From contig CBDCWI010000002.1 in the NCBI GenBank assembly GCA_965223325.1, positions 4,224,001 to 4,288,000 on the forward strand: a stretch of 64,000 nucleotides of DNA. The letters are read 5' to 3'. Source of the DNA: Candidatus Multivoradales bacterium (lineage in GTDB: Bacteria > Acidobacteriota > Thermoanaerobaculia > Multivoradales > Multivoraceae). Both the position numbers and the translations under genes were made by a program. Positions 38,023 through 47,458 of the stretch are shown here, piece after piece; within the stretch, counting starts at the first letter, position 1; every line of letters starts with the position of its first letter. The notes beneath the pieces were generated by a model. That model was not told where the DNA came from and made no database searches. It worked only from the letters and a program-made list of their open reading frames with translations.

Positions 38023-39580
38023 CGAGAGAAGCAGAGGGGTGCTCCTGGTCCTCGACTCCCACGTCGACGTCCAGGTGACCGAAGGCGGAGGTCGCCCTTA
38101 GAGAGTCGAGCAGGGCGTCATGCCGGGAGTAGAGCAGCATCGGTGAGCGCTCGGCGCGCGCCTGCTCGAGGAGTCGCAGCGCAGCGGCCTGTTCTCCGAG
38201 CGCGGCATGGGCGAGGGCCTGCTGGGTGGCAGGAGCAGCGCCTGGCGGTCGTCGTTGCGCCTGCCAGCGCCAATACTGGTTCAGTCCCGCGGCTGCTGTC
38301 GGCAGGGCGATCGCTTCCCGCCAGGTGTGGGAAGCGCCTTCGATCCTCGCCAGACGGTGGGCCACATCCCGGGCCTCGGATAGCGCACCGGTCGCTATGT
38401 AGGCCTGCAGCAGGCAGCGCATCGCGGGCCGGTGTTCAGGGGCAAGGCGAAGAGTCTTTGTGCACTGAAGAACAGCGTCGTCATAGCGCCGCGCCCAGTA
38501 GTAGAACCAGCCGATGTCGCCTCGAATGCGCGGCTTGATCGGATCTTCTTGAAGCACCGTTTCAACCAGTGCGATCGCCTCACCGTGACGCCCAACCACT
38601 GAATAGTAAGAAGCGACGCTGATGCGGACGTGGTGAGACGAGGGTGCGAGCTCGATTGCACGCTCGAAGTAGCGGCCTGCGGCCGCGAAGTCCCAGCGGC
38701 GAAAGAGTGCGAGGGTGGCCTTGGCGACGTAGCCCTCGGCCAGGTCAGGATCGAGCGTGAGTGCCTGGTCGGCAGCGGCCTCTGCTCGAGCAGAATCTGC
38801 CGGTTCGGACCCAGGGCCGAGGTAGGTGCGGGCAAGCGCCGCCCAGGCGGCGGCGTCGGTGCGGTCGATCCGAAGGATTTCGTAGAGCCTCGCTTGCGCA
38901 CGGAGGCGATGCTCGCGGCCTCCCTCCGCGAGGTGATACTCAGCAGCCAGCCAGGCTTCGCGTAGCCGGTCGTCTCGCAGCCTGGCAAGGGATGATGTAT
39001 CGACATCCGCGGCTTCCGTTACGGCACGCCCGCTGGCGCCCGCGCCGTTCGGTACGGCCCGGTTCGAAAAGAGCGCAATCATGACGCCGGCGCCGAGCAC
39101 CGCGAGTGCTGCGGCTCTTCTCCTCAGCCTTCGTTGGCTTGCCGCCGGGATCAAGAGCGCCCAACGCTCTGGCAGCCACTCGGTTCTCTCGTCTCCGCTT
39201 GAGGGCTCGGGGTTCGCTTGGATGTAGCCTGCCATGAGCGGCTCTGTGCCTGCGGTAACGGGGGCGATGAAGCGGTATCCAGAACGGCGCACGGTTTCGA
39301 TGTATCGGGGAGCCGCCGCGCGCTCACCGAGGGCTGATCGCACCTGTCGGATGCAGTAGTTGAGCCCGCCGTCAGCCTCGACGAACGCGTCTCCCCAGAT
39401 CATTTCCTGGAGTTCCTCTCGGGTCTTCAAGCGCCCCGGTGGATCGAGCAGAGCCGCCAGAACGAGGGCCGGTTGACGCTGTAGCGCAATCGGTTGCCCG
39501 CTGTCGCTTCGGAGCTCGAGCCGACCCGGGTCGAACTGGAACGGACCGAATCGGAGGACTGGCGTGGACTCTGGTGGCAT
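38003..39580 (-). CDS. CadC/ToxR-like winged-helix transmembrane regulator with TPR repeats
   Basis: FGPFQFD...LNYCIRQVRSALG...YIETVRRSGYRF OmpR-type wHTH, one TM helix, TPR helices. Confidence 0.88.
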   Translation of the reverse strand: MPPESTPVLRFGPFQFDPGRLELRSDSGQPIALQRQPALVLAALLDPPGRLKTREELQEMIWGDAFVEADGGLNYCIRQVRSALGERAAAPRYIETVRRSGYRFIAPVTAGTEPLMAGYIQANPEPSSGDERTEWLPERWALLIPAASQRRLRRRAAALAVLGAGVMIALFSNRAVPNGAGASGRAVTEAADVDTSSLARLRDDRLREAWLAAEYHLAEGGREHRLRAQARLYEILRIDRTDAAAWAALARTYLGPGSEPADSARAEAAADQALTLDPDLAEGYVAKATLALFRRWDFAAAGRYFERAIELAPSSHHVRISVASYYSVVGRHGEAIALVETVLQEDPIKPRIRGDIGWFYYWARRYDDAVLQCTKTLRLAPEHRPAMRCLLQAYIATGALSEARDVAHRLARIEGASHTWREAIALPTAAAGLNQYWRWQAQRRPPGAAPATQQALAHAALGEQAAALRLLEQARAERSPMLLYSRHDALLDSLRATSAFGHLDVDVGVEDQEHPSASLATPSAS

Positions 39581-39684
39581 GACTGCTCTTGGACATCGTG
39601 CTCTGGGTCGCCGCAGATCGGCCAACGGTCTGCTGCGCTGGTGAGCCTATCGTGGGGGCGCCGGCTCTCGATCCGGCTCTCCCG

Positions 39685-39900
39685 TCAGGGCTCGACGTAG
39701 CCCAGTGCCCGTAGCTCGGCGACCGTGAGCAGGTCTCTGCCCGGGATGAGGTGGGCCGGAACACCGGTGACTGCCCCAAGGGTTGCAGCCATGCTGGTGG
39801 CTTCGACGCGCGGCTGGTAGCGCGAGCAGTGGAGGTCAGGGGAAATGTCGCCCCACAAGAACAGCAGAACGTCTAGAGACTCTTCGAAGACCTCGCGCAT
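39685..39900 (-). pseudogene. Degraded C-terminal fragment of a sulfatase-like hydrolase
   Basis: FEESLDVLLFLWG...PGRDLL...ELRALGYV parallels YESTLRVPLLL...SGRSLF...QLERLGYL of the 60781 sulfatase; no N-terminal domain. Confidence 0.5.
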
Positions 39901-40052
39901 CAGGGGATCGTCGGGGGGGCGATCGTGTGCGCCGTCGTGGGTCGTGCGAAGAGTGCCGCGCGACCGGCGGGAAGAGAATGATGGACCGTGCGGAGCTCAG
40001 CTGTTGGCGCGGCGTGATGGCATTGGCAAGATGCCGGCCTCAGGCATGGTGC

Positions 40053-41036
40053 TCAAGGAGCTCCGGTGCCGCTCCGTAGCTGTTCGACTGCACTGGCCAT
40101 GTAGTCGGAAACATCGACACCGTTGACGGATAGCGTGCCGAAGTTGGCGCTGTCGGGGTCGAAGTATCCCCTCTGAACTGCAACCTGGACCAATTCGGCC
40201 TGCTGCTCGGGCTCGAGGTCTTCCCATGGCACGCCGTTGATGACGTCTTCTTCGAAGTCGTAGGCGTCGCCGAGTTCCTGAGACTCGAGTGCTTCGCGCA
40301 TGTAGTCGGTGCCCCCGTTCTGATGCTGCCAGACGTGCACCATCTCGTGTGCCAGCAGGTCGGTCGTGATTTCGGTGTTTTCGCCAAAGTACATCGTGTT
40401 GCCGTGCACGAAGGCGCCGGAGTTGCCGAAGACGCCAGCCTTGCCGTGCTTGATGCGCACCTTGGAGAGATCGACGCTGTCACCGAAGATCTCGCGCATC
40501 GCTTCCTTCTCGCTGTCGGTCAGCTTGCGGCCCACGGGTTCGAGGCCAAGGAGAGTCTGGATGGCGCTGACTCCCTTGCCGCCGTTGAGAAGGAAGTGGT
40601 CGTAGCCGGTGCCGAAGTGTCCGTCGATGTAGGCGCGGCCGAGGTCTCCGAAACCGCCCTTCCAGTCGCCGCGGAAGATCTTGCCGATACCGCCGAAGGC
40701 ACGTTTGCTGTTCTCGTGGATGTTCTTCCAGATTCCGCGAAAGCCGTTGTTGTGGCCGCTGGTGGCACTCCGAATGGCGTCGCCGATGCGTGCAAAGAAG
40801 CCACGCTTCCTCTTCTTCTTCTTGGACGAAGTCGTACCGCCCGATGGACCAGGGCCTGGCAGGCCATCGTCCTCGGGAACGAAGCGCGTCGTTGCCCCGG
40901 TTGATCCCGGCGTCGGCGCCGGGATGAATTCGTCGGTGTGGGTGGGAAGAGTCCTGGGTGTCGTGTCGGCGGAGGGCTGACGTGTCGGCACGGCTATGTT
41001 GGCCGGAACGGTCGGGGTGTGAAATGAGATGGGCAT
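40053..41036 (-). CDS. DUF4157 (eCIS core-like) HExxH domain protein
   Basis: FGDSVDLSKVRI...AFVHGNTMYF...LLAHEMVHVWQ; AGGGAG RBS before ATG 41036; Pro/Thr-rich N-terminus. Confidence 0.78.
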   Translation of the reverse strand: MPISFHTPTVPANIAVPTRQPSADTTPRTLPTHTDEFIPAPTPGSTGATTRFVPEDDGLPGPGPSGGTTSSKKKKRKRGFFARIGDAIRSATSGHNNGFRGIWKNIHENSKRAFGGIGKIFRGDWKGGFGDLGRAYIDGHFGTGYDHFLLNGGKGVSAIQTLLGLEPVGRKLTDSEKEAMREIFGDSVDLSKVRIKHGKAGVFGNSGAFVHGNTMYFGENTEITTDLLAHEMVHVWQHQNGGTDYMREALESQELGDAYDFEEDVINGVPWEDLEPEQQAELVQVAVQRGYFDPDSANFGTLSVNGVDVSDYMASAVEQLRSGTGAP

Positions 41037-41385
41037 GGTGATCAGACTCCCTTTGCGGGTTGATGAGAAAAGTGCCTCCAACACCTGCCTGGGAGTCCTG
41101 ATCGGCTCACTTTTCGAAATCAGCGGAGTCGTTCGACGTCCTGAGCGAACGGGCAAGCCATTGGGTGAGGCGAGGAGATCCGTTGAGACCCTTGCCTGGC
41201 TGCGGCTGCTTTTCGTCCGCCGGCGGCTGCCGACCGAGGGCGGAGAGACCAAGTCGGTCGGGCTTCGTACGGCGGGCGATGATGGGTTTCGGAGCGTAAT
41301 TGATGAATTTGTAGAATAACTAAGTTTGAGCGACCCGTTCAGCCCTCGCCAACCGCCTGTTGCTCTCGAACAACGAAGGTCCCAC

Positions 41386-42666
41386 ATGCCGAAGATTCTC
41401 CGCAACGTCGGTATTGCCGCCTTGATGATCGCTGTCGCTGTCGCCTGCACCGTCTGGATGGCGTTTGGTCGACTCGAGCGCGCCGAGGAAGCGATGTTTG
41501 ATCGTTGGCGTGAGCTGCTCGGCGGCCAGAGCTTTCTGGAGCGCTTCCCGGCGGTCGAGGCCAACGCGACGACACTCGAGATCGAACGACTCGCGGCGGT
41601 GCTCGGAATCGACGCCACACCACACGGCGCACCGCGAAAGGAGCCAGACGAGGAAATTGCTGCGGCGTTCGGTGAAACCTACGAGTTGCTGAAGGACTAC
41701 CTGGATGCAGTCCGCAAGACCGATCTCGACGAGTGGCCGGAGCCGCTGCCTGAGTTCGGTGACTTTTCGCGCCGCCATGCCGAAACGATCGAAGAGCTGG
41801 TAACGCTTCTCTTGTCGGCACCGCCTCCGGTCTGGAGGGGCGACCTGGCAGCTGGGTTCGAGGCAGAGTTGCCCAATCTCCTTGGAATCTTGAAGCTGCA
41901 GGTCGTCCTGCTGTCCCAGGCACACCAGTTCGCTGCGGACGGAGAGACGCGTTCGGCGCTGCGTGTTCTCGAGGCCTCGTGGCAACTCGACGCGGCGGTT
42001 CGTAAGCAGCCGTATCTGATCTCGGAACTGATCTCGCATGCCGTCATGCGCTATCAGCAGCCAGTTCTGCGCCGTTTGTGCAGGATTCCGCAGCAGGACG
42101 CCAACCGCTGGATCGAGCGTCTCGAGAACCTCGACAGTCGTCGCGAGACGCGCATCGCGCTAGCAGGGGAGGCGTTCGCTGCCCACCGCTCGGCGCAGAT
42201 GGGTGGCAGCGATCTGTGGGATGAAGACACGCCCAGGTGGATTGCATGGTTTGGCAAGCACGGCTTACGCGATTACTCCGTGCGCATGCACGCCTACGGC
42301 GAAGAGCTCAGTCAACGGGATCTGCTCACTTTCGACTCGCAGGCCTACCTCGACGAACACGAAGCCCGCATTCCGCGCTGGGCCATCGTTGCGAGAATTC
42401 TGCTCCCCAATTTCTCCGACGCCTGGGTTAGGGCGGCGCGCCTGGAGGTGTCGGCCGAACTGACGGCACGGGTTCTCGAGGAGCGGCTCCATCGCGCTGG
42501 CGGAGTGAACCTGGCGCGGGACGACAGAGATACTGCGATTGATGGCCTACGTTTCGTCTACGAGGAGTCCGAAGGAAACGTCACGATTACGGTTGATGGA
42601 GACGTTCTAGAACCCGGCGACAAAGCGGTTCCTTTGCGCTTCACCGTCAGCGCCGACTGCCGCTGA
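41386..42666 (+). CDS. Hypothetical membrane-anchored helical protein
   Basis: N-terminal hydrophobic helix; long ORF with typical codon usage. Confidence 0.65.
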   Translation: MPKILRNVGIAALMIAVAVACTVWMAFGRLERAEEAMFDRWRELLGGQSFLERFPAVEANATTLEIERLAAVLGIDATPHGAPRKEPDEEIAAAFGETYELLKDYLDAVRKTDLDEWPEPLPEFGDFSRRHAETIEELVTLLLSAPPPVWRGDLAAGFEAELPNLLGILKLQVVLLSQAHQFAADGETRSALRVLEASWQLDAAVRKQPYLISELISHAVMRYQQPVLRRLCRIPQQDANRWIERLENLDSRRETRIALAGEAFAAHRSAQMGGSDLWDEDTPRWIAWFGKHGLRDYSVRMHAYGEELSQRDLLTFDSQAYLDEHEARIPRWAIVARILLPNFSDAWVRAARLEVSAELTARVLEERLHRAGGVNLARDDRDTAIDGLRFVYEESEGNVTITVDGDVLEPGDKAVPLRFTVSADCR

Positions 42667-42703
42667 CATCAAGTGGCCTTGGCCGGTGCGACCAGGGCAG
42701 GGA

Positions 42704-43051
42704 CTAACCGTTTGACTCGATGCTGGCGACCCAGAGGGAGATGGCTTCGAGGTCCTTCTTCGGACCCTCCCACTTGCCCTTGTGGTTTTTCTCGTTGAGC
42801 TTGACCTCTTTGAGGACGTAGCTCTTTACCCAGTCGGCGTCGCGCTGTTCGTCGACCTCACTGAGATCAGGTCCGTGCATCTTCTCGGACTTGGCGGTTG
42901 CCTTGATTTCGGCGCTCGACACGGCGTGGCACTTGTTGCATTTGTGTTCGACGAACTTTTCCTGACCGTCATCGGCGGCCACCATCGCAGGCGCCAGGCT
43001 CAGACCAAAAAAGAGGCCGGCGAAAAAGGCAGCTTGTCGTGCGTTGATCAT
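42704..43051 (-). CDS. Periplasmic monoheme cytochrome c (MtoD-like)
   Basis: Signal peptide, single CNKCH, GPDL, candidate distal His in KNHK. Confidence 0.85.
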   Translation of the reverse strand: MINARQAAFFAGLFFGLSLAPAMVAADDGQEKFVEHKCNKCHAVSSAEIKATAKSEKMHGPDLSEVDEQRDADWVKSYVLKEVKLNEKNHKGKWEGPKKDLEAISLWVASIESNG

Positions 43052-43210
43052 CGACTGAAACCTCAAAGGTTGGTTCTGGGATCTCCGGGCTCTGCCTGAG
43101 ACAGAAACCTCGGTTGGAAAAGGCCGAGCCCTATCGCGGAGGGCTGTCGGGACTCACTCTGCGGCCGCTTGTGGCGCTTGTTCGCGACGGTTCTTCGAGG
43201 AGTCTCCCAA

Positions 43211-43414
43211 TCAGGACCGGGCGTAATTTATCAGGGTGGAAAGGTAGAGCAGGATGCCGACACCGATCATGGTGCCGCCCAGGAAGATGAAGCCCATAAA
43301 GGCAAACGGATGTGCGAAGTAGAGCGTGATTGCCTCGACCAGCAGCCCGATCAGGATGAAGATGCCCGCTAGCCGAAGGGTCTTTCGTGAATCTCGAAGG
43401 AGCGTTCTGATCAC
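43211..43414 (-). CDS. Small two-TM membrane protein coupled to the NapC-like gene
   Basis: GTGA overlap with the upstream stop; two hydrophobic helices around HPFAF. Confidence 0.7.
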   Translation of the reverse strand: MIRTLLRDSRKTLRLAGIFILIGLLVEAITLYFAHPFAFMGFIFLGGTMIGVGILLYLSTLINYARS

Positions 43415-44037
43415 CGGACGGTTTCCTTCCACATCTCCATACCCGCGACCTCGTCGATCGGGTGAGCCAGGTCATGGCACTCGAGGCAGGAGGTTTCCCC
43501 CGTGATCAGGTCCTCTCGGTCGTCCTCATGGACGTCCTCGAAGTCACGCCCGTCGTCGTGGCAGTGCAAGCACTCCCGGTTGTCGTAGGGCTCATAGAGC
43601 TCGATCTCATCCGGGAGAGTGCCGACATAGTTGACCAGGAGGTGTTTGAAGCCGTTCATCTTGGCCCGCACGTCGCCGAACATTGTGTAGGTCGTGTGAC
43701 AGGAGTAGCAGGCATGGTCACGCGTGATCCGGTTGTTCTGATAGTGGGACGCCGGAAGGTACTCATCTGAATCGTCAATGAGCAGCGTCTTCCCGTAGGG
43801 TTCCATGACATGACAGGAGAGGCAGAACGCGGTGGTCTTGGACTTCTCGAGGTGTGTTGAGGTTCCTGCAACGAGTGCCAGAATTGGCATGACGAGAAAG
43901 ATCGAGAAGACGAGGATCCTTCCGCCTCGATGGTTGACAACCCCTGGTCGCTTGATGATCGCGACGATCAGGAGCGCGAGCAGAAGAATGAAGACGGTCA
44001 GACCGCCCTCGAACAGTGGGAGAGATTCACCGGTCAT
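43411..44037 (-). CDS. NapC/NirT/CymA-family tetraheme cytochrome c (quinol oxidoreductase)
   Basis: Two N-terminal TM helices; CLSCH(VM), CYSCH, CLHCH, CLECH; TAFCLSCHVMEPY and AKMNG signatures. Confidence 0.9.
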   Translation of the reverse strand: MTGESLPLFEGGLTVFILLLALLIVAIIKRPGVVNHRGGRILVFSIFLVMPILALVAGTSTHLEKSKTTAFCLSCHVMEPYGKTLLIDDSDEYLPASHYQNNRITRDHACYSCHTTYTMFGDVRAKMNGFKHLLVNYVGTLPDEIELYEPYDNRECLHCHDDGRDFEDVHEDDREDLITGETSCLECHDLAHPIDEVAGMEMWKETVR

Positions 44038-44131
44038 GCACTTGTCCTGAAGCCCTTCTCGACGGCCGCCATCGGAGACTCCGTGGCAGCATCGTCAAGA
44101 GATCGCGGCGGCGGTCGCAGGCGTCTCGCAA

Positions 44132-46051
44132 TTAGTGGAATCGATAGCCGACACCGAACTCAGTGATGTCGGCGTCGTAGTTGTTGAAGCCACGGACCGG
44201 TTCGTCGTAGTCGATGGAGCGGTAGCCAAGGTGCAGCAGGTAGCTGTTTGGAAGTTCAACGTCAGCGTAGATGCGATAGTCGTCCTGATCGCGGTCGAAG
44301 CTGCCGCTGTTTTCGTAGAAACGTATATTGGCACCGAGCGTCAACATCTCCAGGGCCTGCCAACGGATCGCACCGTCGATGAAGTCCGCATCGCTCTGGA
44401 AGAGAACGGGGAACAGGAACTGTTCGCCGCCGCCGAAGCCAGGTGCGGTTGTCACGATTCGATCGACTCTCCGCTCAGTGTCGATGAAGCTGTAGCCGAG
44501 CGATGCCTCGAGACCGTCCGTTCGGTAGCCCGCCCGTAGCGAGAGACTGTCGAAATCCGACTGCCACCCTCGGGCGCCGTTCTGAGCGACGTTGTTCTCG
44601 AAACGGTACTGGAGCAGTGTTCCGCTGCCAAAGAAGCCCGAGCCGTGGTTGACCCTGGCCTGAAGGCGGACTCTCTGTCGATCGGTTGGGGAGGAGAGAG
44701 TGAATGGGTTGTCGTAGGAGCTGTCTTCGAACTGCGCCTGCAGCCTGACGATCCGGTTTGGGGACCAGCCGGCGGTCAGGTAGTAGCCAGTGTGGTCGGT
44801 CTCGGAGGCGTCGGAGTGCGGCTCACCGTCTTCGGTGATCGACCAGTCGACGTCGCGATTCTCTTCGCGGAGCCCAGCTCCGACAGTTACGCCCTCCGCT
44901 ACCGCGACTTCGACACCTGCTTCGATTGTCTGCGTACGGACGTCCCACCGGCTGGCTGCGTCCTCGCCACCGAAGAACACGTCTCCGTTCTGCTCGAGGT
45001 CGTGCTGACGCACGCCGGCGACAACCGATACACGTGGGTTGATCAGGTAGGAAAGGTCGACATCGAAGAGTTGTAGCTCGCGATCGAGCTGGGTGTGGCC
45101 GCTCGTGTCGGTACTGAAGGGGACGTTGTTGAAGCCGATTCCCTGCGACCGCTCGCTTGGTTTCGTGTCGAGGTCGAAGTCGAGTAGAGCTCCTGCCAAC
45201 GTCACGTTCAACCGATCGGTCGGGCGAAGACTCAGCGACACGTGGTGTTGCTGCGACTCCATATCAGTTGGTTGATCGAGGAAGTAGAAGTCGAGAATCG
45301 TGTTGTTCGTGGTGTTCTCGCCCAGGGACCGACCCGGCAGGAAGATGGTTCGCGCGTTGTCGTATTCCTGGTGGGTTTCACGCAGCTGGAGCGTGGCTTT
45401 GTCCCAGGAGTACTGGAAGTTGACCTTGAGCTCGTCGAGCTTCTCGTCGATCGGTTGATCCATCTCGAACTCGTCTCTAGACACGTCGAGGGTCGTGGTG
45501 CTCTCACCGAGTTTGGTGAAGCGATCGAACGCGACGTCGAGCCGGGCGCGTTCCGTGAGGCGGAAGTCGAGGCTTGCGAAATCACGAACTCGACGGAAGT
45601 TGAAGTGATGGAAGTCGCCGGCGTTGGCCAGGCGCGCATTGCCGAGTTCGACTGGTAGAATCACGTCTTCGTAGAAGTAGCTCGCTTCGCGGCGACCCAG
45701 GTTGAACTGATAGGCGCCGAACTTTCGAATCGACAGATCGATGGACTCGAACGGCTGCCCGCCGAGATTATTCGCGTCGAGGCGCACCTCGTCTGCGAAA
45801 TCACCCTTCGGTCGTAGGAGAAAGTCGAGCCCAAAGAGACTGGCGCCATCATCGACGTTGATGTGTTGGCGGTATTTCTCCTGTCGACCTCCGACGTCGA
45901 CCGAGCGCCAGCCGAGAGTAAAGCTACCCTCGAATTCTGTCTGTGGCGGTTCTTCTTCCGTTTCTTGAGCTCGGGCGCCAGGCGAGAGCGCGGGAAGCGC
46001 AACTGCGAAGAGGGCGAGGGCGAGGGAGAAGCGCGTACGTTTCGTCATCAT
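44132..46051 (-). CDS. mtrB: MtrB/PioB/MtoB-like outer-membrane beta-barrel porin
   Basis: Signal peptide from ATG 46051, 639 aa of alternating beta strands, C-terminal FGVGYRFH; directly downstream of a decaheme cytochrome. Confidence 0.78.
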   Translation of the reverse strand: MMTKRTRFSLALALFAVALPALSPGARAQETEEEPPQTEFEGSFTLGWRSVDVGGRQEKYRQHINVDDGASLFGLDFLLRPKGDFADEVRLDANNLGGQPFESIDLSIRKFGAYQFNLGRREASYFYEDVILPVELGNARLANAGDFHHFNFRRVRDFASLDFRLTERARLDVAFDRFTKLGESTTTLDVSRDEFEMDQPIDEKLDELKVNFQYSWDKATLQLRETHQEYDNARTIFLPGRSLGENTTNNTILDFYFLDQPTDMESQQHHVSLSLRPTDRLNVTLAGALLDFDLDTKPSERSQGIGFNNVPFSTDTSGHTQLDRELQLFDVDLSYLINPRVSVVAGVRQHDLEQNGDVFFGGEDAASRWDVRTQTIEAGVEVAVAEGVTVGAGLREENRDVDWSITEDGEPHSDASETDHTGYYLTAGWSPNRIVRLQAQFEDSSYDNPFTLSSPTDRQRVRLQARVNHGSGFFGSGTLLQYRFENNVAQNGARGWQSDFDSLSLRAGYRTDGLEASLGYSFIDTERRVDRIVTTAPGFGGGEQFLFPVLFQSDADFIDGAIRWQALEMLTLGANIRFYENSGSFDRDQDDYRIYADVELPNSYLLHLGYRSIDYDEPVRGFNNYDADITEFGVGYRFH

Positions 46052-46062
46052 GGCCTTGCTTC

Positions 46063-47007
46063 CTATTGGAGAAACGCCGGGTGGAGGTTGGAGCCGTGAA
46101 TCTGGGAATGACAGCTCGTACACTGCGACTCCTCGGTGAACCGGGTATGGAAGCCAGGTACCACGGCGTGGCAGCTGTAGCACTGCTCGGCGACGGCCTG
46201 GAAGTTGAGCATGTGACGATTTGGAGAGCCGTGTGGTGAGTGGCACGACGCGCAGCCTTCCGTTCGGCCGGCTGGGTGCTCGAAGACCCAGGGGCCGTTC
46301 TTGTCGACGTGGCACTGAGCGCACTGCTGTTGCTTGAAACCGCCCAGGGCCACCCGCGCTGATCTTTCGTGCGGGTTGTGGCAGGAAGTGCACTCCAGGA
46401 CGCCTTCCTCGATCCGGTGACCTCGCTCGGTCGCGCCGAACTGCGCGAAAACGGTGTTGTGGCACTCGGCGCAAGTCGCCGAGGGGCGGTCGCCCAGATC
46501 GAAGAGGGCGCTGGCCTCTCTTGGCTCTCTGGCGTGACTGTCGTGACAGTCGAGACAGTCGAGGCCAGCCTTGGCGTGATCACTGTTGGCAAACCGCGAG
46601 TGGTTGTCGCTGTGGCATCCGAGGCAAACCTGGCTGTTCTCCGCCGGGCTGCCAGCGAAGGAGAAGATGGGGCCCTCCCCTTCGGTCGCCATGTGCTCGG
46701 TGGCTCCCGTGTGGCACGCGGTGCAGCTACTCGACGCGCCTGTCAATGAGCTGACGAGGTCCTCGCGGTCGAGAGCGACGTGTGGAGTGTGCTGGAGCGA
46801 AGTTTCATCGTGACATTCGACGCAATCGGCGACCGCAATGGACGCACCATCGGCCGAGGCGACGCTCTTGCTGCTGGTGGATTCGCCTTCGGTACCGCCA
46901 CTGGCAAGGGCTGTGGCGCCGGTAGAAAGTGCCAAGGCCAACGCGAACCCGCAGGTTGCGCTCCACAGCCATCGGTGGATCCAAATTCGCGTGATCAGTC
47001 TTGACAA
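46063..47007 (-). CDS. mtrA: DmsE/MtrA/MtoA-family decaheme cytochrome c
   Basis: Ten CxxCH motifs (CVECH, CTACH, CLGCH, CLDCH, CAECH, CTSCH, CAQCH, CASCH, CYSCH, CTSCH), GPWVFEH, C-terminal IHGSN; signal peptide; TTG 47007 with GGAGG RBS. Confidence 0.92.
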   Translation of the reverse strand: MSRLITRIWIHRWLWSATCGFALALALSTGATALASGGTEGESTSSKSVASADGASIAVADCVECHDETSLQHTPHVALDREDLVSSLTGASSSCTACHTGATEHMATEGEGPIFSFAGSPAENSQVCLGCHSDNHSRFANSDHAKAGLDCLDCHDSHAREPREASALFDLGDRPSATCAECHNTVFAQFGATERGHRIEEGVLECTSCHNPHERSARVALGGFKQQQCAQCHVDKNGPWVFEHPAGRTEGCASCHSPHGSPNRHMLNFQAVAEQCYSCHAVVPGFHTRFTEESQCTSCHSQIHGSNLHPAFLQ

Positions 47008-47458
47008 CTGGCCCTCCCCCTTCTTTGGTTCGTTGCTTCTAGAGGCTGCGATCGGAGAAGTGGGCGGCAACCCGACACCTCCAGAATCCGCGTGGAGTCA
47101 GTGAGGCCTCCAAGCTTCAACAAACTAGTCGCTCGATCAGAGTGCGCATACCGCGGTTTGCCGCGCGGACCTAGGTCTGATCCGAAGACCGGATCAGGAT
47201 TTGCCGAACTGATCAACGGAACGGACGCGTCTCGGCACTTATGCGAGATGACAGTTGTCACCTTCCTCGCCTCTGACCCCCGTTTCACCGATACCTTCCC
47301 CCGCGCCTCGCCGCGCCTACTCAGCAGGTGCGGAGGCGCTCTCGGTGTGAGTGGCCGTTCGGTCGCCTGGCGTGAGAAGCTCCAGGGCGCGTCGTGCTTT
47401 GCTCGACCGCAACCGTGGGCGATCCGTTGCGAAGATGAAGACCGTGAAGGAGCGAGCG

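Noticed and set aside
41037-41618. N-terminal extension of the DUF4157 ORF to 41618
   Set aside because: Overlaps the divergent 41386 gene, has non-protein-like composition, and a good RBS precedes ATG 41036.
46052-46474. N-terminal extension of the porin ORF
   Set aside because: Overlaps the decaheme gene in another frame; the signal peptide starts at 46051.
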